Source: Lama glama
Taxonomy: Eukaryota
DNA length: 64,000 bases
Direction of reading: 5' to 3'
Assembly: GCA_028534125.1 (NCBI GenBank)
Contig: CM052839.1
Location: forward strand, 31,372,001 to 31,436,000
Positions 56,522 through 64,000 of this stretch are shown here, in pieces. Every line of letters starts with the position of its first letter. The stretch's first letter is position 1. The translations under genes were made by a program, and so were the position numbers. The notes under the pieces are model-generated. The model worked only from the letters and a program-made list of their open reading frames with translations, was not told the DNA's origin and did not search any database.

Positions 56522-58122
56522 TTCAGTGGAATCCCTGCCCTTCCGTCCTCACACGCCCCAGCCGGCTTCTCCACCCCCGGGAGGCTTCCTGGTCTTCAAA
56601 GTCGACTTCCTCCAGCTATGAGGCCTTTGGGGGTGTTACCCAAAAAGCAACTACAGCTGAGTGCTGGCCCCGGTCGTTCACCTCCAGCCTATCAATCCCA
56701 GCACAGCCCTGTTGGCGGAATTTTGCTTGTTTTGGGATATTTCCCTAGAGCCTAGGTTTCCCAGAGCACACACATGTTGCTAACTGAATGAGAAATTCAA
56801 CCAGGATAAAGCCCCATCGAGTTCACAAAGCTGTAGGAATAGCCAGCACTTGAGAGCTGTTACGTACCCAATGCCATGAATTAACTCAACCTTCAAAACC
56901 CCTTGCAGTTGGTTATTTCCCTCATTTTACAGATGAGACTCTAAACTCAGGCACAGTACAGAAACTTGTCCAGTCACATTGCTAGAAGTGAAGCATGTAT
57001 CCAAACCCGGCTGAAACAGGATTTGAACTTAAGCCTTGAGGGGGAGTGGAAAAGAACTTTCTTAATTTTCAAAGGCGGGTTTAAATGTAGTTCTATTTGT
57101 GACTCAAGAGTAGGAAAGCTATTTAGTAGAGATGATGCTCAATACTTAAGGGTGAGGAGTTTAATGAAACTATGTAAAATAGTGCACAATGTTTCCTACC
57201 ATCTTTACCTAGTCCAGGGTTTTCCACTAAGAGTAACTTGCTGAGCCCCTTTCCTCAACCCCTCTGCCCTCCATCCCAGGTGTTAGTGTGTTAAGTGTGA
57301 AGCTTGGCCAATAGGCCTATTTGAATCTTAGTTCCATTTGGTGAGTTAGAACCAGCTCAGCTGCAGACTACTTCATCAGGAAAACGTGGTCACAGTTAAG
57401 TGTCCAATGAGAGGTAAAACGTCAGAGGGGCCAAATGATTTTCTGCAACAGTGGTGACAACACAGTGCCCAAGCTCCTTGAATCACATCCTTTCTTGCCA
57501 GTCTCTGCTAGCCAGACCCTTTGGGAACCTCTCCCTGGTCCCCCTGGGGCTCAGGCCTTCACTGTCGGTGTCATCAAGAGAGTTCTTCACTGTGGTCCTC
57601 ATCCAAGCAGCACCACTATCATTTGACAACTTGATAGCAATTCTGACCTGCCAAATCTGGCATTTTGGTTTAAAAAACCACCTTGTTTGTGAATCTCAAT
57701 GCAAAGTAGACGATGTCCACTCAGAGGGGCCTTTGGTTGTCATTACTGGGGGGCCAGGGGAGAGGGAAGGGTGCAGAATGACTAAGATTCTCTGGATACA
57801 CAAAGGGTTGAAGCCAGGGATGCTTAAACAATTCTGCACCTAAAAATGTCTGGAGTAGCCCTTTAGGGGAAATAGTTCGGTATCACATTTTACCCACTGA
57901 GGGCAGCCAGACCATTAAAGGATTAAGAGGCTGAGGACACAAGTAGCCCAACTCTCACAAAGGCAGATTTAACTTTTATTTATTTTATATTTTCCCATAG
58001 CCCCTCATCCACCACACAGTGTCTCTCATGATATGTTCTTTCCCAGTCCAATACAAGAAGCAGGCAGACATGGATTTTTTTTTTCCTGGGGGTGTATTTT
58101 TAATGACTGAAACAAGACAGAC

Positions 58123-61105
<2,983 letters not shown>

Positions 61106-61305
61106 TCAGGGTGTGGGGCCAGAACTTCAGGCTGCCCTTACTGCCGCCTTGGCTCAGGGCGCCCGCGGGCCCTGCTCCCAAGCCAGTATCCGCAACGAAG
61201 CCGCCAGAGACCGAGAAACGGAAGGCACCAGCCACCGCCCCGCAACTCGACACCCAGGCCACGGATGGCGGCGGATTGTAAAACCCTGACCCAAGTTCTA
61301 CTCAC

Positions 61306-61345
61306 CGGCGGTAACCACTCGAGAACTACAGCAGAAAGGAAGAAA
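61306..61345 (-). promoter_or_regulatory. RPL27: RPL27 non-coding exon 1 with 5'TOP/TCT initiator
   Basis: tttCTTCCTTTCTGC...CCGCCG|gtgagt; ETS (CGGAAG about 61351-61356), CRE TGACGTCA 61380..61387 and GC boxes upstream; YY1-like GATGGCGG in intron 1. Confidence 0.85.
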
Positions 61346-63472
61346 CGGTACTTCCGTTAACCTTTCACCGCGGGGAGAGTGACGTCACTTCCCGTCCCGC
61401 CCATCCGGCCTCGCCCCGCCTCTTGCGTGGCGTCGTAAACTGTGCCGAGGGCGGAAGAAGCTCTTGAGGGGAAAGGAAGGCCTGACAGGTCATTTATTCA
61501 AATCAAACTTTATTAGCAGCTATGGAAGTAAACAGAGTAAAGGAGTTCTGCTTCCCGCGGAAGGTTTCCTCGGGGACGCAGCTGCGCCGCTGATCTTTTG
61601 GTTGTAGTTTCTTTCTCTGGCACTAGGGGGTGGGTGGGGCCACAGTTTGGAATTAACTTTTTTTCCTTGTTAAGAGTCAGAAATAGGGCATTTATAAGCA
61701 CCCGCTTTGTATGCATTGTTAGGTGTAGGAAGGGAGAGACGAAGATCAAACAAACAAGGGTACTTGCCCTCAGTATTTAGAGTCTAGTGATGTCAGAAAC
61801 ATTACAGACTAGAATAAGTGAGGGAGCTGAAGGATTATGGTGATAATAGCAGCTGCATACCCTATGTCAGGCCGACTTAATCTATTTACGTTTATTATCT
61901 CTTTTGATAATACTAGGAGATAAGTACTGTTATCTCCGTCCTACAGTTGAAGAAACTGTAGTTTAGAGAGGTTAAGTAATTGGTCGGAAATCCATGGCTA
62001 GTAAATGGTGGAGCTGCGACTCAGTTCTGTTTACTCGGTCACCATATTGAGCACCTACTCTGTGCAGGCAAGATGCTAGGCACGCACTTTAGGTTAAGTC
62101 AACTGCCTATTTAATTCTCACAACTCTGTATCTTGGGTATTTTCCTCCCACTTAGACACCAGGAAATTGAGATTTAGAGAGGATAAGGCTTGATCAGGCT
62201 GTCTGTGGTTAAGCCTGATCAGTAGCATAGGTAGGATTCAAACCTAGTTTTTTGAGTCAAAGTATAGTTGGCTCTCAAACTGAATTATTTCCCATCACTC
62301 ACTGAAAGAGTGTTTTTAGATGGTTCTTTAGGTATCTTCCCAGTTGAAGACCAAGAGAAACCATGTTACAGTTTTTCCTCATTTGAACATTGACGAACCT
62401 ATAGGATTGGTCTTGAGCAAAGTGTGGGAATAATTAGGGTTTCATTTATCTTCTTGAGATTCTCCAGGGATCAATTTTCCCTGCAGCCCTCAGGACCTCA
62501 TTCCAGTGGTTTATCACCCTAATTAAGTACTTCTATTTCCACATTCAATTAAAATACTTTCTGCTTTAGTTTGGAATATGACACTTTAGAGTTGGAAAGG
62601 ACCTCAGAGATCATCTGCTTGGGCCCCTCAAAGCTAAGAGGACAGTTCTAGAGCAGCAAAGTACCAGAGTTAGTGGCGCAGAGCAAGGTCTCCCTACCCC
62701 AACCCAGAGCTCTTCCCACTGCACCATGTGACCCTGACCATTTCCACCTCCATGGACTTCTTTCAGCCTCCATTTCTGCTTCTGCCTCTTTTCCTCTCTT
62801 GGAAAATAAAAACCTGAAATCTTATCATTGCCTTGGACTCATCTCACCTACTAACACTTTCCAAATCAATAACTAAATCCCGCAAATTTTGCCTTATGTC
62901 TTTTAAATCTTTTCTATCCTTTCCTACCTGCTCCCTGATTCAGCCTCTGTTCTTTGTCTTCTCCAGTCCTTCAAAATTCTGTGTGGGTCAGAATTGCTTG
63001 GGACGCTTATTAAACATACATCTCACATCCAAGGTTCCAATTCAGGTCTGGAGTGGAGCTACGAGCTATTGATCTTATTTTGAGAAACTTCTCTAAACAC
63101 AACTTAAGACCACCATTTAACTGCCTGAATTCCTTTGTTGGCTCTCTGTACCAAAGTTTGAACTCTCACTCCTTTCCTTTTTATCTTTCCTGCAGTATAA
63201 GTTCCTGACACCTCCACACCCTTCACATACCCTCTGGGTTCCAGCCAGCTTAACTACTCAAAGATCCAACCTCTTCTGAGCCCTGGGGTCTTCACTCAGG
63301 CTGTTCCACATGTCTTTATTCTCCTCCACTATAGCCAGGCAAAATCCTTTCCATCCTTCAAGGCCACTCTAGAATTTTCCTAGGCAGAGATAATCTCTTC
63401 CTTCTCTGTGCTCCCTCAGCAATCCAATTCATGTTTAGTTTTATTATAGAACATATTTTAGCTGGTTTGGAT

Positions 63473-63622
63473 CAGTGGTTCTCAAAGTGTGGTCCCCAGA
63501 CCGGCAGCATCAGCATAACTAGGATGAGAACTTGTTAGAAATACAAATTTTCTGGCCTCACCTCAGAGCTACTGAATGAAAAACTCTGGGGATAGAACCC
63601 AGCAATTTGTGTTTTAACAAGC
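63473..63622. mobile_element. MER5A (hAT-Charlie)
   Basis: cagtggttctcaaagtgtggtccccagaccggcagcatcagcat...aacttgttagaaatacaaatt. Confidence 0.8.
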
Positions 63623-64000
63623 TATTCAAATCTCCAATTGGTTTGGTACCTCCTTTGCTAGACTGTGCGTTCCCTTAAGGCACAGAGAGATAAGTCCTCA
63701 GCACCTAGCCTGGCCCAAGCAGTTGGGCTCAATAGGCATGAACTAACAGCAGAGCACCTTGAAAATATTTACCAACGCTTTGCAGATCATACAGTGGATG
63801 CTGCACTTTCATTGGCTACATATCTGCGGCTCTTTTTCATTCTATTCTTGCATATCCTGAGACCTGTTCCTCCTTTTCTCCTTTCTTCGGTCTGTCTCAC
63901 CCCAAGCCAAGCAGAGACCTATGCCCTCAGTTATAATGCAGTATTATCAGTGACTAGCAGGTATCTGCTGGCATGCCTGTCTCTATACATCTTTTAAGTT

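Overview
Mammalian genomic DNA, most likely a camelid (alpaca/camel), judged from the tRNA-derived Vic-1-like SINEs and artiodactyl-type L1 3' ends. It covers the conserved BRCA1-RND2-VAT1-IFI35-RPL27 syntenic block. Contents: the last 11 coding exons of BRCA1 (+; human exons 14-24, both BRCT repeats) and its 3'UTR; RND2 (-; exon 2 and most of exon 4 fall in N gaps); complete VAT1 (+, 400 aa); IFI35 (-, about 278 aa); and RPL27 (-, 136 aa, 5'TOP exon). The rest is intron or intergenic sequence with L1, L2, CR1, MIR, MLT and MER elements and seven N gaps. Most ORFs in the supplied track are spurious. Best leads: (1) a duplicated BRCA1 exon-22 acceptor/5' half placed directly behind the exon-23 donor, in frame, followed by a stop and AATAAA (candidate alternative terminal exon); (2) a remodelled IFI35 N-terminus (2-codon first coding exon, 3-aa shorter leucine zipper, GC-AG intron); (3) a U6-L1 chimeric retrocopy with target-site duplications (TSDs); (4) a triple RFX X-box cluster in VAT1 intron 2; (5) a probable RND2 3' E-box enhancer. 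Comparisons to human sequences are from memory, not from a database search. No wholly new gene system could be supported.
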